Assembly: GCF_026571515.1 (NCBI RefSeq)
Contig: NW_026852123.1
Coordinates: 310,001-374,000 of the forward strand
Length of the DNA stretch: 64,000 nt
Direction of reading: 5' to 3'
Origin: Ruditapes philippinarum
Lineage: Eukaryota
In this document: one piece after another, positions 26,758 to 41,753 of the stretch
How positions within the stretch are numbered: position 1 is the first letter of the stretch
Layout of the letters: the number at the start of each line of letters is the position of its first letter
Translations under genes and position numbers: made by a program
Notes under the pieces: generated by a model
Told to the model about the DNA's origin: nothing
Databases searched by the model: none
The model's input: the letters and a program-made list of their open reading frames with translations, nothing else

Positions 26758-29583
26758 AGATCACAACCAATCGTCATATGGTTGCAAAATTTGACAAACT
26801 TTGAGAAAGAGGTTAAAATCACCCACCTGCTGGAGCTAAGAAATGGATAGACTCCAGTAATTCAAAATCCGTTTAATCACCTCTTTTAATCGCGCAGGTA
26901 TAAACGGTAGGCCTCAACACTTAAAGGCAACCCCTTAGCCACTAGAGGGTTAAATATTACTAAAATACTTTATTCAAATACTTTGATTCTCGTTAATTGG
27001 AACTTTGATTATTAAATAATATAATTTATAATACACACCCTTTGTACCGACAAACGAAGCAAAAACAAAGTTTAATTGAATAAAAATATAAATAACTTGG
27101 ATGATATATATAAAAGATCAATCTGTGTTGAACAAAGCCCATGTTGAGCTCGCTGGAACTATTTTATATAATAATTCAAAAACAATCAATGCATGAGTAT
27201 TGATGGAAGATGAGATTCAGCGTCCTAAACTATCGTTTTGAGCCTGAAATATGCTTTTTATTACATTTATAAATGTTAAATATGTTCGTAAATGGGTCTT
27301 ATTATTATGTACAGATGAAAGCCTTAAAACTAAGATTCTTATTTTCTTTCCCAAATTAGCCAGCAACTAATACAATGTTATAAAAATATCACCATTAACA
27401 TTCAATTAACATACGGAAAAGAACTATTAAAACGATACATATACTGAAAAAGGTGGATAACAAGTATGCAAAACGTTCAATCTGACTAAAGTTTGTTCAC
27501 ATCTACGAAGTTCAGATCGTACTTTATTTCTTGCATTAAGATCTGATTCTTACCGTATATGTTTATTTACCGAGTAAGCTAATTTTGCCATGCAGTCAAA
27601 CCGTCCTTTACAGGTAGGCATTAGACGAAGTATCAAAATATTGCTGTCAGTGGAAGTAAAATAAATGTCGATTTTTGTTAGAAAAAAAATGTTGAAGTAA
27701 TTTGAAACAATTAAACTTGAAATAATTTGACTCAATTTTTGGTTTAAACATATTTATTTTTTATCAAGTTAAATTACTAGTAATCAAACACAAACTTTAT
27801 ACAAAGTCATGATAATTTTGATTTAACGTGAAGCTCAAAGCTTATAGTAATTCTCTCAATTTTTAATGAGCAAGATTGTTTTGCCAGTTTACATGCCGAC
27901 CATATGGACAGCGCCATGTTTGTTCTCAAAATCCGATAAAAGGTCATGAGAAGGTGACCTCTTATTGGTGTCTGTCAGATCCTATTGCGTAGTGTGAATA
28001 AGGCGCTGATTTAAACACCTAAGTCAATATGAGAAAAAACGCACGACAAATTGCAAGACAATGAAAGCTTTCAAAAGAATAATATTAAGACTTTGAAAAG
28101 TTTTATCCATACAACAGAGCAGACATGAATATAGATATACTCAACGTCCGGAATATCAAATGAAATTAGACGCAACACTCGTGCAATATTATACATGTAT
28201 TTGCTTTTCTTAAAGATCGACCAAAAAAGAGATGTAGGCAGCAATGAACAAAAAATATGTACATGCTCCTTCGTTGCAGATTCTTATCTTAGAATGAAAA
28301 AATAAGCTATGGCTCCTTTACCACACTCACCATTTTTTTACTGTTATAGTTAAAGGTGGTTTTCAAACTAAAGGAATGAAAGGGGAAAAAGAAAAAAAAG
28401 GCAGACAAAGTGAATTGCTGTTGCTTTTTTTATGTAAAAACGAAAGAATTTATAGAAAAAATGAACAATTGGCATTACTATACATGCTAAAGACGACATA
28501 ATACTTCATCCTCTGATAAAATGGCAATGCACATCCGTTAAATACGTATTTATGAGTTTGTTTTTCTTATTTTTAAAGCACTTGATTAGAAATCATTATT
28601 TTCTTGCCAATCAATGTGTAGAAAAGAGCTAATTAAGGCCATTCGGGTTGAGTGTCTTATAAAGAGAGCAATATTATGTCTCAACGGCTAAGATTATTTA
28701 AAATCTGTGAAAGGGTGATCCCTAAAAAGCAATGAAAACATCAATATTTTATGAAAAATTATAGACTCTCAATTAGTCTTTTCATGAGGGGAAATCCAAA
28801 ACTCCAACATCCGACTTAAGGGGTATTCTGAAACACTTAATAAGCTGGAATCAATGACCCTGAAGGACAGGAAAACATTGAAGTTGATAAAGCAGTGATT
28901 GTATTTTTATATCTATTTCTTTTATATATACCCCGACCTTATCTCTTCTGTTCAGCCTCCGGAGGAAAAAAGAAAATACTTACTTACTTTACAGTTTGTT
29001 TCAAATCTTTTCCTATAAAGAAAATGATAATAATCTTGTAAAGAAAACTGTTAAGGTTTAAGCTATCATTTTTCAATTTTATTTGTAAATTGGCCATGAA
29101 GTTTTGAAAAGCCAAATGAGAATTCAATGTTAAAATTATTGCAATTATGAATAATTGATATTAACCCTAAAATTGTTTGTGTATTTCATATTGTTCATAT
29201 ATGTATGTTTAATAGAAGATATTTGTTAGTGTAGGCATTAATTTGTGATCTTTTTCGTGATATTCATATTAATAATTATTTTGTCATGTCAAATTACCAT
29301 AGATTTCCACATAGATTTTTCTTTATTTGTGAAAAAAAGTCTGACCCCGGGATCGCGGCGTTACTAAGCAATTACCATATCGAATTAAATCTTTTTCATA
29401 TTCCTTTTTTTAAAACACCTTGAAAATATTTATAGTCTTTAGCAATAAACTGATTAAATGTTTCTCCAATTTACTAATATTTAAAGGTTGATATATTTTC
29501 ATTTTTCAGACGCACTTTTGGAAGAGAGCAGACCAGTCGTGATAGTTGATTTTTATAAATAGCAGAAGAAAAAGACATCAACC

Positions 29584-30142
29584 ATGGCTGATTTATCTAA
29601 CCGTGATCCTAATAAACTTAATAGCCATATAGAGGTACGAATATGTTACCTTTTCATGTTCTATAATCAAGAAAAAGTTTTTTTCTTTTCTTTCGTTCTT
29701 TGTAATTTATAGTCTAAGAATATTTAAAGTCTTAAAATAAAAAAAACTGGTAAAACAGATATGATATATAAAACACAACATTTGTCTAGATTATTCTTTT
29801 ATTTTCAAGGTTATGTTCGAGGATGTCTTTGGAGAACCCGATGGCGTTCGATCAATGGACTGTATTTGGAAAAACAGTTACTCCTGTTTCGAATGTGGCA
29901 AGAACCTTTGTTACAAGATTATGACCACTCTTTGCGGGTTGTGCATTGCTCTGGAGTGGGGTTGCGAATTTGCCATGCTCACATTTCATCATGTGTGGTG
30001 CTGGACACCATGCTTGAGAGATTTCTCCATCACGATGGGATGTGCCAAGAAGTTCTTCCAGACATGCCTGAGCTGCTGCGTCGCCCCATGCTGTGAAGCA
30101 ATTGGTGCATTCTTCAGTAAAGTTAAGATCGAGAAATCATAA
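29584..30142 (+). CDS. CAV: Caveolin, Cys-rich minimal type, 127 aa; exons 29584-29634, 29810-30142
   Basis: MADLSNRDPNKLNSHIE|VMFEDVFGEPDGVRSMDCIW...FSKVKIEKS*. Confidence 0.93.
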
Positions 30143-32024
30143 CACTACATCATTTAAATCGTTTAACCCTGATACTATGATTCAAAGAATGTGATGAGAT
30201 GATACCAGGACTTTCTTTTTGCTGATGATATTGAAATAAAAATGAATATCATGATTGTATTGAATTTCTTAACATTTTTAAAAAAAGACGTGCATTTAAG
30301 ATTATGAAATTTAGACGAAAATATTTTGGATTTAAACAGGAATTTTTATATCAAGTATGTTGCTTTGAAAAGGTTATTTATTTAATAAATTCATATTGTA
30401 TTACATCATATAAATAAAATATATTTGTTTTTCTTTTATCCAATGTAAAAATTAAAATAGCGTGTTTATAACTTGAATTACATTGCTAAATTTATACTTT
30501 TCTACTAGTATGAAACGATTGAAAAATGATTTTCAAATTTTACTGAATTGATGTATTTGTTAGTCCTTAGACTATTTCATTAATGTTCATTCTAAACATA
30601 GAGAATAACTTGAGCGCAATAAGAATAAAAACAAAAAGGTGAACATTGGACAGTCGGTTGAAACGAGTCTGTTCATGTGAGGTCTCGGGTGTTCAGCATT
30701 TCTTCTTGTCGCCGTCGTCCTAAACAGTCTTCAATCATTTGAAATTATTTTGATGAGCGTTGACTGCAGATCTTCTTTTTGCTAGACTGAAATGAAATTA
30801 CAACGAGCACATGCTATTTGTGACATCGTTTAAGTTTTGTGAGCATCAGCTCGCGGTTTTGTATATACACCAATTTTTATTTTTATTATCAAATGTGTAA
30901 ATATGTCAAGTATTTTACTCTATAATTTTAAGATTTTCTCAATCGTAAACTTATTCATTGGAATACCACTCGTTTAAATGACAAACTTGCAATGGTAGAA
31001 AATTAATTCCACCGATTACAAAAATCATGTTTTATGATTTATTAAACTTTCGTAGATTACAAGTTTTGATAAAGTGTAAATAATTCAAAACTCTGGTTTG
31101 CATATCAGCTTACATTTTGATTCCTTATCGTCTTTAATCTTAAAATGTTAGTAGAAACTTACGGAAGAAAACAGAAAATTTGCCAAGGTTCATTCGAATA
31201 CTAGTGATTTCACTGACGGATCAGTTTAAAACATTTTGCTCGGCAACGCCCATAAGTTACCGTTTTAACACTTTATAATATTCATACATGAATAATAATT
31301 TTTTTGAAATATCAAAAAAATGTCTGCTGGTTTATGTCACACCACACTTTTTACGTAACAGTAGTAATTGTTGAGGTATGTACTTTATTGAAAAGGCAAA
31401 CTTATTTGTGTGTACAAAATGATTTTAAAAGAAATATGATATTTTAATGATACGGATACATAAAATGGTTTAAAGTCCCTTTTAAAAGAAATTGAGCATA
31501 TTGAAATTAACATTATTAAATGTTTGACACTTAGACTATATTAATAATTTACTTTTGGTCTGGTTTATCTTAGTTATCAAGTGTTTATAGCAATACACTA
31601 TCTAAAAAGTATCTAAAACTACAGCATTGAATTGACAATTTAATAACAAATCAAACTTTCACGAGATTCAGTATCATAAACACTTGATTTAAAACCTTTG
31701 CGTTCTAAAAACGTTTGGTCACCTTTAATAATTAAAAGCGATGTAAAAGTTAGTGCCAGTAATTATGTAATTCAATATCTAAATGTACGATGTATTCTCA
31801 AACAAATTTTATACCAAAATAATTGAATGCAGGCTTTATTTCAAATTATTATTACCTTATAATGAGACCTAAATGTGCAATTAGGGTTCATAATTACCCG
31901 TGTAAATATATACCCAAAGATCTTAGCATTAAGTGAGTTGATTTTGGGATGAAAAGTACAAAAAACTAGAAGAAGAAAAAACCAGCATAAAATATCGAGA
32001 TTTTGTTTATAAACACATTGCAAT

Positions 32025-32818
32025 ATGGCAACCAATGAAAAGATGACATTAGACATGGAAAATAGAGATCCGAACGATTTGAATCAGCATATCAAGGTAA
32101 GGTTCTTGTTTTAGACATGATTAATGTGTAGGGAGGGCGTTGTGGCACAATGTTTGTCTTGAAAAATAAAAAAAAAACATGTACAGAAAGAAACATACAA
32201 ATTGATTGAAATGTTCAGTATTTTCAAAAGCAAGTTATGAAAACATCATTAAGGAAAGTGTATGACGTTATATGCCTAATATAAAACTGGGACGTATACT
32301 ATGGAAGCAATAAATGATAAAAGCTTTTTTCGTGTAACCTCATATTATATTTTACTCATGAACGCCAGCTGTTAAATTTTAATCAATTCAACAACCTTTG
32401 TTGCTGTTTTTTGTGTGTTTTTATCAATATCCTTTACTGCATTTACTGCTAAGCTAAAATATGTCCGGATTATTTTTTATTATAGGTGATGTTTGAAGAT
32501 GTAATAGCGGAGCCTGAAGGGGTAAGATCCTTGGATTGCACGTGGGTCAATGGATTCAAGTGTTTTGAGTGTGGAAAGACCGTCTGTTACAGGATGCTAA
32601 CTATATTTTGTGGTCTGTGCATAGCTTTATTTTGGGGCTGTGAATTCGCAGTCGCAAGCTTTACACATATCTGGTGTTACACGCCATTCATAAGGGATGT
32701 TTCAATTGGAATTGGTTGCTTGAAGAAGATATTTATGATTGTGCTTGACTGTTGCCTAGCGCCTGTTTGTGAATCGTTTGGACTTTTGTTCGCAAAAATT
32801 CGTATTGACAAACATTAA
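32025..32818 (+). CDS. CAV: Caveolin, Cys-rich minimal type, 134 aa; exons 32025-32096, 32486-32818
   Basis: MATNEKMTLDMENRDPNDLNQHIK|VMFEDVIAEPEGVRSLDCTW...; exact FEDVIAEP caveolin signature. Confidence 0.95.
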
Positions 32819-34111
32819 TTCAAAGGACATAAGCAGAAAATGAGAGATATTTTTTTATTTTACGTGAGATGTATACACGGTTATAAACTACAAAATGAAA
32901 ACAAAGGTCACCAAGTGAAAGGCAACGTTCACAGGACACAGCCCCCGACACAAACTAGCCACAGTTTGATTTAAATATTAGTTACAGTATACATTTCATA
33001 GAACGATATATTTCTGTTTCATAAGATGTAATTGTCACTAATAAGCTGTAGGTTTATAAAATAAAAATAAAATGTTGAAAGTATGTATGGAGGAATGTTA
33101 ATTTTTCCTTATGAGTATGATATATTATGTATTGTTATGTGCTGTGTTTTAGAGAATAAAATTAATACATGGATATTACATACTTGTTACATACAGTTTA
33201 ACTTTTTCTTAAAAAATGTAAATATCCAAGACAATTGAATTACTTCAATACTGATGTGAATTCCGCAAAACAAAAACATTTTCCCCAGAAAGGCTTTTTA
33301 AATTTAAGGCTGAGGACGGTTGTTTTGTTGACACTATTACCCGCCTTATCTTTGTCATTAAATTCACATCTTTGTCCTACTAACAGCAGGTTATTCTTTA
33401 AACTCCCTCAGCAGCTAATTGAATAAACTACAAGTGAAGGGTGGTGGAACATTTGAACGATGCGAAGGAGATATTCTGGCAAGGGCAAATCAAATTATTT
33501 GCATTATCTGTATATGTCATATTTCGGTATTGAACAATTTTGTAAACATCTTATGGCCATACAACCAAGTATGTAAAGTTTAACATTGTACAAACCCTTT
33601 TTCATAAACCTTCCTAAAAGAGTAAATTATTTTACTCACTACATAGATGAACTTTTGATGTAATGGCGGTATTGTAATTATGTATATCGAACAGGCGTTA
33701 GTGTTAAATGCCTCATAAATATTGAAAATAAAATTAACCGACAAGTTTATACAAAAATGAACGTGTACGTGCCTACGAAAGTAAATAAACATTAATATTA
33801 AATAAATTTTCAATGTTATCTTTTTTTTTAATTTTTACATGCGGTCATACGTTTAAAGACCGATTATGCTTCAGGAAAGCTCTTCAAAGATTTTTATTAT
33901 ATGGTGAACTTTTATTGTTTCCAAAAAATTACTTACTTGCTAATTGAACAATCCATTTTGGCAATTAATACAGTTATGGTGAATTAGTATTTTGTATGGA
34001 AGTCAAAATATTACTTTCTTTACCTTTTGCTGCGTTAAAATGTTAAATTATTTCACATTCAGCGCTACTTTCATCAGATGTGAAGCATCTTTCTTGATCC
34101 TAAATCATTTT

Positions 34112-34328
34112 GGGGCGTCCGTGGCTGATTGGTTACGGTCGTTGACTTCAAATCACTTGCCCCTCAACGCTGTGGGTTCAAATCCCGACAGGGACTTTTG
34201 ATTCTTTCATGTGAGGCAGCTATCCAACTAGTCAGCTAGCTTACGGTGGTTCTACTCAGGTGCACGTTTGTGCCTGAATGACCAATACGGTGTTAGTGTG
34301 ACGTAAAAACCCAATGTACCAACAAACC
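34112..34328 (+). mobile_element. tRNA-derived SINE
   Basis: Head ggggcgtccgtggctgattggttacggtc with A-box-like tggctgattgg and B-box-like ggttcaaatccc; A/C-rich tail; flanking direct repeat aaatcatttt (34102-34111, 34329-34338). Confidence 0.8.
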
Positions 34329-37326
34329 AAATCATTTTTAATGTAAGATTTCAACATACATAACTCACGAATTCGCAATTTCAAAATCACGAATTCACGA
34401 TTTCAACTTTATGAATTCATGATTTCAACTTCACGAATTCAACTTCATGATTCCACGTTTTGAAATTCATGATTTCAAATCAACTATGGTTCAGTAAGCA
34501 CAATCAGATTTATCTCTGTGTTAAATATCCTTGACGTTTAGGTGGATAAGAATTGCAATGATATATAGACTCGGCTCCTGAGCTTAGTTTACACCAAGGT
34601 TAGGGTAGTACATACGACAGGGTCGTCGTGTTCTTAAAGAATGTTTCTAATAGATGTCTAGATTCCATGCTTATATTTCAAATTACAGTCAATGTTTTAT
34701 CTAGAAATTGCTAAGCATCATTAAATTAGTATGAAGTCCTTTTTTCGTTGGCCTTTATATATTTATAATCAAGAAATTGATAACTAATTAAAACAGTGTT
34801 CAATCAATACTGCCCAAACTTGGAATGATTATTACATTACAGCTGCTTCAATAACTTGGCTTAACGCTTCTGGAAAAATAGTTAAAATGTCCATTATATA
34901 AAGTAAGATATTGTAGAAACAGTAAACAGCTGTGTAAGTGTCACATTAAAAGAAGGTCCTCATTGGTTCAAGCACTGAGTTCAATTGAAATGCGACTTGA
35001 TTTGCAAACATTCACCCGAACTTTGAATCAGATTACCACTCATGCACATATCAATAAAGCAAGTCAAAACAAACAAAAACGACTGGTAAGTATACTCCTC
35101 TAATATTTCTTGAATGTTTAAGGTACAAGTCATTAATTCGTGCTTCTCATCCCATGGAAAGCAATAGAGATAACGGGCGCAATAAGCCGAGTTTTTATTT
35201 TACCTTTCCTATTGTCAGAACAATGTTAGGGTTTGGTATTGCGCAAAAATACTCACAATTGAACTCCGTCTCAGTGCTTTTCTGAAACGCATCCTTAAAT
35301 CACTCATTTTGTTGGGGTTTTTTTTACCATATTTTCAACTGAGACTATCGGTTAAGTTTAAATTACATTTGTACAGTTCGTTTTTATTTAATTTCGGTCT
35401 AATCTCTCTTGGTCTAAAAAGACTATATTTAAGTAGAACCTTCAATGTGACACTAAGTGCCATTCCATGAAAAGCGGCATATGGTCCCCAAGTAAAAAAA
35501 AATGCGTGTGCCCTAAACGAGAAAACAATGGGCGGAACTAAATAAAATGGAATTTTGAAAGGGGATCAGAGGTTATGAAGCCTGCATATCACAGATAATA
35601 CGTCAAAAGACAAATTTAAAAAGCAGGCCACATATCCTAAGTGTGATTCAACAGTATTCAAGTGAGGAATACTGGAACCACCCAACAAGAAAAAAGCCAA
35701 ATAGAAATAACTAAATTACCACAAGCACAACAATTATGTTGTGCTGAACGATCTTTAAGGATCGGAACTCGAGTTGAAATTCAAACTAGAAAAATAACCG
35801 GGCAGCACAGTTTAAATGCTTTTGGGTGTTCTTAGTAGGTATATTATAAATCAACAACCGACGACATATTGAGTTATAAAGTAATAAATTTGCATCCATT
35901 TTTCTATATTCCATCAATTCATCCAATAAGTCAGGTACATTGTACTCCTTCATTCTTGCAATTATTCATTCATTTGTTCATTAATTCATCTATTAACAAG
36001 TATGTACTAGCCGGTGGTACATTTATTTCCGCACTACGTACTGTCAAGCATGCGTACTCGTTTTGAAGGTTTCCATAGCGCGAGCATGATGATAAATATT
36101 TTCTGAGAGCACGTTTCTGTAATTTTACAGGTAAATGTGAATATCTGAATAAATCCCATACCAGTTACATTCAAGATTTTGCGTGATTTGTTTTGTTATT
36201 GACATTCGTAATGAAGTTTTCATGGCGCGATGATTAATCATAAGGGTTTTCTGAGAACGTGTATCTCAAGCCCTGAACCTATGAGCAGCACCCTATCATT
36301 TTAATAGCAGTAGACTGCGACATGTGCATTTCCATTTTTGTAAACCATAATGATAAAATAATCTAAAAGACAATATATTATTGGAAAATTATATGAATTA
36401 CTTAATGATTGCTAAAGATTTATTTCAGGAAAAACTGGGATACATTTCTTCGCATATTTATCCACGAATCTATGGTTCAATTATGGTTCTATTCCCAACG
36501 TTTAACCCGTTTAAGTACAATGTGACCACCTTTTGACGCGTTTAGGTTTAAAATCAGCTTACTCCAGCTATTTTCTTTTAATCTTAAATATGGCAGTGGG
36601 TATGAAAGATTTTTAAGAATCTAGAAAGAAGCAAGGTTAATACTGAATTGTTCGCAAGACCTACTTACTCTTTTTATACAAATGTTCCCAATAGACTTAC
36701 TTACTTTGCAATAAATCATCTGGAATTATCCATCATTATTTATGGGGTTTAAGTATCATCACGCCGTATTTTTTTTTTCATAGCAAACACGGTTATAACG
36801 AATGTTCGGTTATGAAGAACAATATTTTCTTTCTTAAATATGCTAATATGATAGTAACTATTATTTCTTTAGTCATCGAATTTTGTTTTATTTAACTTGC
36901 TATTTTATGAATATGAATTACAAATTCATAATTCTTGTCATAAAGACAAAACGAATATCATTTTAGTTGTTTTAATAATAAAAAAATAAAATAAAAGAAA
37001 AGTAGTATTACAGTACTACAATAATACTAGTAAAGAAAAAATAACATACTGCCCATTTGAAAAATAAAGTAAACAAACAATGATTTTGCACGTGATAATC
37101 CATTGTTTTACCTTTCAATAATCTTCATCAAAAGATATGTCATATATATATACTCGTAAAATCCGGTATAAATATAAAATTTAAAAACAATCAACTATCA
37201 CAGATGTCTTTGAAATATAATATGTATTTTCATCACATATCATGAATGAAACGTTTGAAAAGAGACGGTATTCTGCATTTCACTTGAGCATCAGAAGTAA
37301 AAAAAGTCCTCAGTTACATCAAAATC

Positions 37327-37974
37327 TTAACTCTTTTGAATTTTGATCCGAGTAAATATACCTCCACAAGCCTCACAGAATGGACTACAACAGCAGTTGA
37401 TAATTGTACCGAAGATTCTCTGTGCACAGCCCATGCAGATAGAGAAATCCCGTATCCAAGGAGTGTAGCACCACACATGGGCAAATGCCGTTTGCGCAAA
37501 TTCGCAACCCCACATCAACGCAATGCATACACCGCACAGTGTTGTCAGGATTCTGTAACAGAGGTTCTTTCCGCATTCGAAACAGCAAAAACTTGCTTTC
37601 CAGATGCAATCTAAAGAGTGGGCTCCATCTGACTCAGCTAAGACATCTTCGAACATAACCTAGAAGCACAAAAATAACTGGGCATGAATTCAATCCTTTT
37701 TTTTTTCAATTAAATGTAATTGTTTTATTTAAGGAGTGAAATAGAATTCATATTTCCTTCTCCAAATTTTAAGAAATATCCTAAAATGATATTAAAGATT
37801 GTCTGTTACGGAATCAGGAGCAAAAGTAGTGTAACTTATTTCAAAAAGAAAATTGTTCTATATTATTTAAGTTCAAGAATCTAAAAGGAAAATTAGAAAA
37901 GAAAATACCTGAATGTGACTATTAAGACCATTTGGATCTCTGTTTTCCAGATCAACTTCTCTTTGCTGAGACAT
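37327..37974 (-). CDS. CAV: Caveolin, Cys-rich minimal type, 132 aa; exons 37974-37909, 37659-37327
   Basis: MSQQREVDLENRDPNGLNSHIQ|VMFEDVLAESDGAHSLDCIWKASF...FTRIKIQKS*. Confidence 0.93.
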
Positions 37975-40709
37975 CTTTATTACGTTTTAGTTTGCCTAGT
38001 TTAAATCAAAATGTGGTCTGATGTATGCCCAAATGCTGTACCAACTGACAGCCACAAACTCTAACACAAGACCTTAAATACTAGACACCTGTTGGTTGCC
38101 AGAGATATGTTGTTATTTACTTTTACCTAGAGACCTCCGGTTTTCAAATGGGTATTTGTTATTTAAAAAATGATTATAATATTTCATCTTATTCCCTATT
38201 CATATTTATTTACATATTTCAATCATAACAGTACAATGACCAAAAGGTGTTCATTTATAATATAATCTATAGCTGGGTATTCATATTTCTTAATATATTT
38301 CGGTTTTTCAAAAGAATCCATTTTTCAATTGAGTTTTTTTCAATTCATTCCACATTGATAGGCAGTTAGAAGAAAACGTTTCCATCGACGGTATTGATGT
38401 TCGTACTCGGAGTCCATTCATTTAAAGTAACCATTCATTTGAACATAACTTTTTCATTATTCAAGCAGTTTGATATTTTTCATACTCTTTATGTTAAGGT
38501 AAAGAATAAGTCGTGTTTTTCAATGTCTACCATGAAAATATGAACTAAAATAACATCTTCCACTAGACCCATTCAATGTATATATTGATAAATCACTTTT
38601 AAAAAGGTTATGTATTTGTAGTGTTACAAAAAAAATGCAACATGGTTTGAAGTTTAATTATCTATATGAACAACAATATTTTGTTATTCAGCATTCTATC
38701 CGGTTTCTGCAAAGGAAAACAATTGACATGGACAAGAAGCTATGTAAAATCATGTTTTCATAAACAACAATAATTTGATAATTTTAGGAGAGATGATTCG
38801 TTGGAACAATAATGATGTTAATCATACTACTAAGAAGATAATGGGAATATTTATTGTCATACTGAGCGTAAGTATAGCAACTATCTATGTTAATGTCTTT
38901 ATCTTTCGCATTGTCAAAAAAATATTGATTTTTTAACCATATGTTGATGGGTTTATTCGACCATTATCTTCAATGTGTTACAACGCTTGCTTTTCCTGAA
39001 ACACGATATTTTTCCTTTCATATATTTAAAAACTACTAAATAAATTCAGTTTTCAAAAGTTTAAAAATGTAACAAAGAAGTGTATACCAAAATAAACTAA
39101 GACATTTTATTATACATGGGAACATAAAGGATGGTCACAGCCATGAACGGTCATGATATTTGTGAAAAGATTACTCATACTTGTGAATGTTTCTTTGGTA
39201 ACATTGATTCTTACACAAAAAGTACTGTGATATAAGCATTGCTTTATAAAGTATACCAAAATACATATATGTTTTTTTTGTTTTTTTTTGTTTTTTTTTT
39301 TGTTGTTTTTTTTTGTTTAAACGTTAAGATCAATAAATGGTACATTAATGCATTGTATTATGTGAGAATACTATCAATAATAATTTTCATTTATTGTTTG
39401 AATTGAGATAAAAAAAAAAATGATACTTTAACTTAAGTAACACTCACCCTTACATTGTTTAACTTTTGAATGTTCAAATATTACTATTTCATAATTGTCA
39501 CAAATTCATGTATTGTTTGATGTCGATGTGCTGTAATAAATGCATAAATCTGGATACATTTCTATCCTGTTCTATTATTTCATCGTTTCGTCACGCCAGT
39601 TCATGGAACAAATCCATATCTATCAGCTGTATGGCCCCATTATAAGTAAGCAAAGACCAACATTTCATTTTTAAAACATTTTTTTTTTAAAATATAAGAA
39701 ACCTCAAATATTTTCAAATGAAGAGAGATAGGATATCCGAAAGATAATCCGAAACGACAAAATTGAAAATTTTGCAGGCTCGGATAGATGGAGTCCGTTC
39801 ATGGACAGTACGAGAAAATGCAAGTTACAATCTACGCCCCCAGGCACTGCAATCACACCATTTTGTATCAAAAATATATAAAAAAGATAAAAGAAAAATA
39901 CGGACATGACAAGTTAACATATATCTTCTTTCAAAATGACCAAACTGTGTCCAATTGGTTCTGTATTTGTATCTAAAATTTCTCCCATACAATGTTAAAG
40001 CGCTTAGCTGCTTGTTATCAATAAACACAATTGTTTATGAACCATGTAAATGTCCTAATAAATTTTGAGATAATTTTAATTAAGTGTCATGTTTACTTAT
40101 ATCAGTTCTTTATTACGTATTTTATTACGTATTAAGTAAATCATCTACATTAAAACTTACATCATTCTTGAACTTTGTCAGTTTTTTTCTTAAGTAAACA
40201 TTACACAAAGCAAAACGTAAATATGACATTTCGATATTAAAGAATAATCAACTACTTTGTGTACATTAAAATATAAGTTCAATTCTTGTTGATTTGTCTA
40301 ATTTTTAATCCATTTTCTTATCATTCAATATCTGTTTACATTGTGTTTTAATATATATTGAGTTAGAGTTCTTTGCTTTGATGACGAACAGGAGTCGAGA
40401 AAGACATTCAAAATGAAACATTTGCTTGTAGAGACACTGCGTGTCTTCTACTGCCCTTACACTATCCATTGATATTTTTTTTGTCGGGAACAGTAACCTT
40501 TCTTACAATTTAGGTTAAAAGAATATTGATAATCTAATTTATATTGAATTAAATAAACTAAATAGGCGGGTTTATATATTTCAGACGCACGAGAGGCAGA
40601 CACTATGGCAACTGGTCGAGAAAACTTCTATAAAATGACTGGGCATAAGAATTCTTGTTTTATTTGAAAACCAAGGGTTTAATAATCTCAAGGGATTAAA
40701 ATTTGGAAA

Positions 40710-41753
40710 ATGGCTGACATTGATTTAGAAAATCGAGATCCGAACAACATAAATGACCATTTAAAGGTATATTTATTACATTGATAGTATGCAAATCATT
40801 CTCTTTTAATACACAATCTTTAAAGGATTTGTTGATGTTGTTTTTTTTTCTAATCAATATCAAAGAAGCCAACGTTTCAGACAGAAGCAAATCTGCATTT
40901 TCCGACTGATCGGCTGTTCTTTGTTTGGCATTTTATACATGCATTCTATGTAATTAGAACAAAGAACACGTAAATGCAACGAGGTCTATTTCGCAAAATA
41001 AGAATGAAAAGAGTTAAAAATGTAGAAATTATTTCTTTAAATTTATTTTCGATACCACTATAAAGTCTTGTAAGACCTATTAATGTAAATGGAACAGTTT
41101 TTTGGGGGGATGTCGTCTGCACATGATAAACAGATTTAAGAGATGACGAACTACGATCCCTTATAAATTGTATTTACTGTTCAATCCATTCACTGTCATT
41201 TTTTTTTCTTAGTGACGGCAATAATCTTTACCTTTTTGAGGACCGAAATGTCTAGCATGCTCGTAAATACAAATTGTTTGAAGAATTTAATACAACTAGT
41301 TCAAAATATTTTACTTTGAAGTGAAATTTTGTGCATACTAAACTCGTCTACACATACATTTAATGTTCTTACCAAGAAGTATTTTCATTTACATATACAT
41401 AAATGAATTCCCTATTTTAGGTACAATTTGAAGACGTTTTGGCAGAACCAGAAGGTATACGATCCATCCCATGCATATGGACTTTGAGTTACAAATGTTT
41501 TGAATTTGGAAAATCGATCTGCTACAAAATTCTAACAACATTTTGTGGACTCTGCATTGCGCTCGGCCTTGGCTGTGATTTCGCAATGGTGGCGTTCGAT
41601 CATGTCTGGATATGGACCCCGTGTATGAGAGACTTTACCATCTGCGTGGGTTGTTACCAGAAGATTTTTACCACTCTTGTCAACTGTTGTTGTACGCCGA
41701 TCTGCGAAGCATGTGGTGGTTTCTTCAGCAAAATACGTATCCAAAAGAGTTAA
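40710..41753 (+). CDS. CAV: Caveolin, Cys-rich minimal type, 129 aa; exons 40710-40766, 41421-41753
   Basis: MADIDLENRDPNNINDHLK|VQFEDVLAEPEGIRSIPCIW...FSKIRIQKS*. Confidence 0.93.

Noticed and set aside
34112-34195. tRNA gene
   Set aside because: A/B-box head continues into a SINE body and tail with a target-site duplication, and degenerate copies occur elsewhere.
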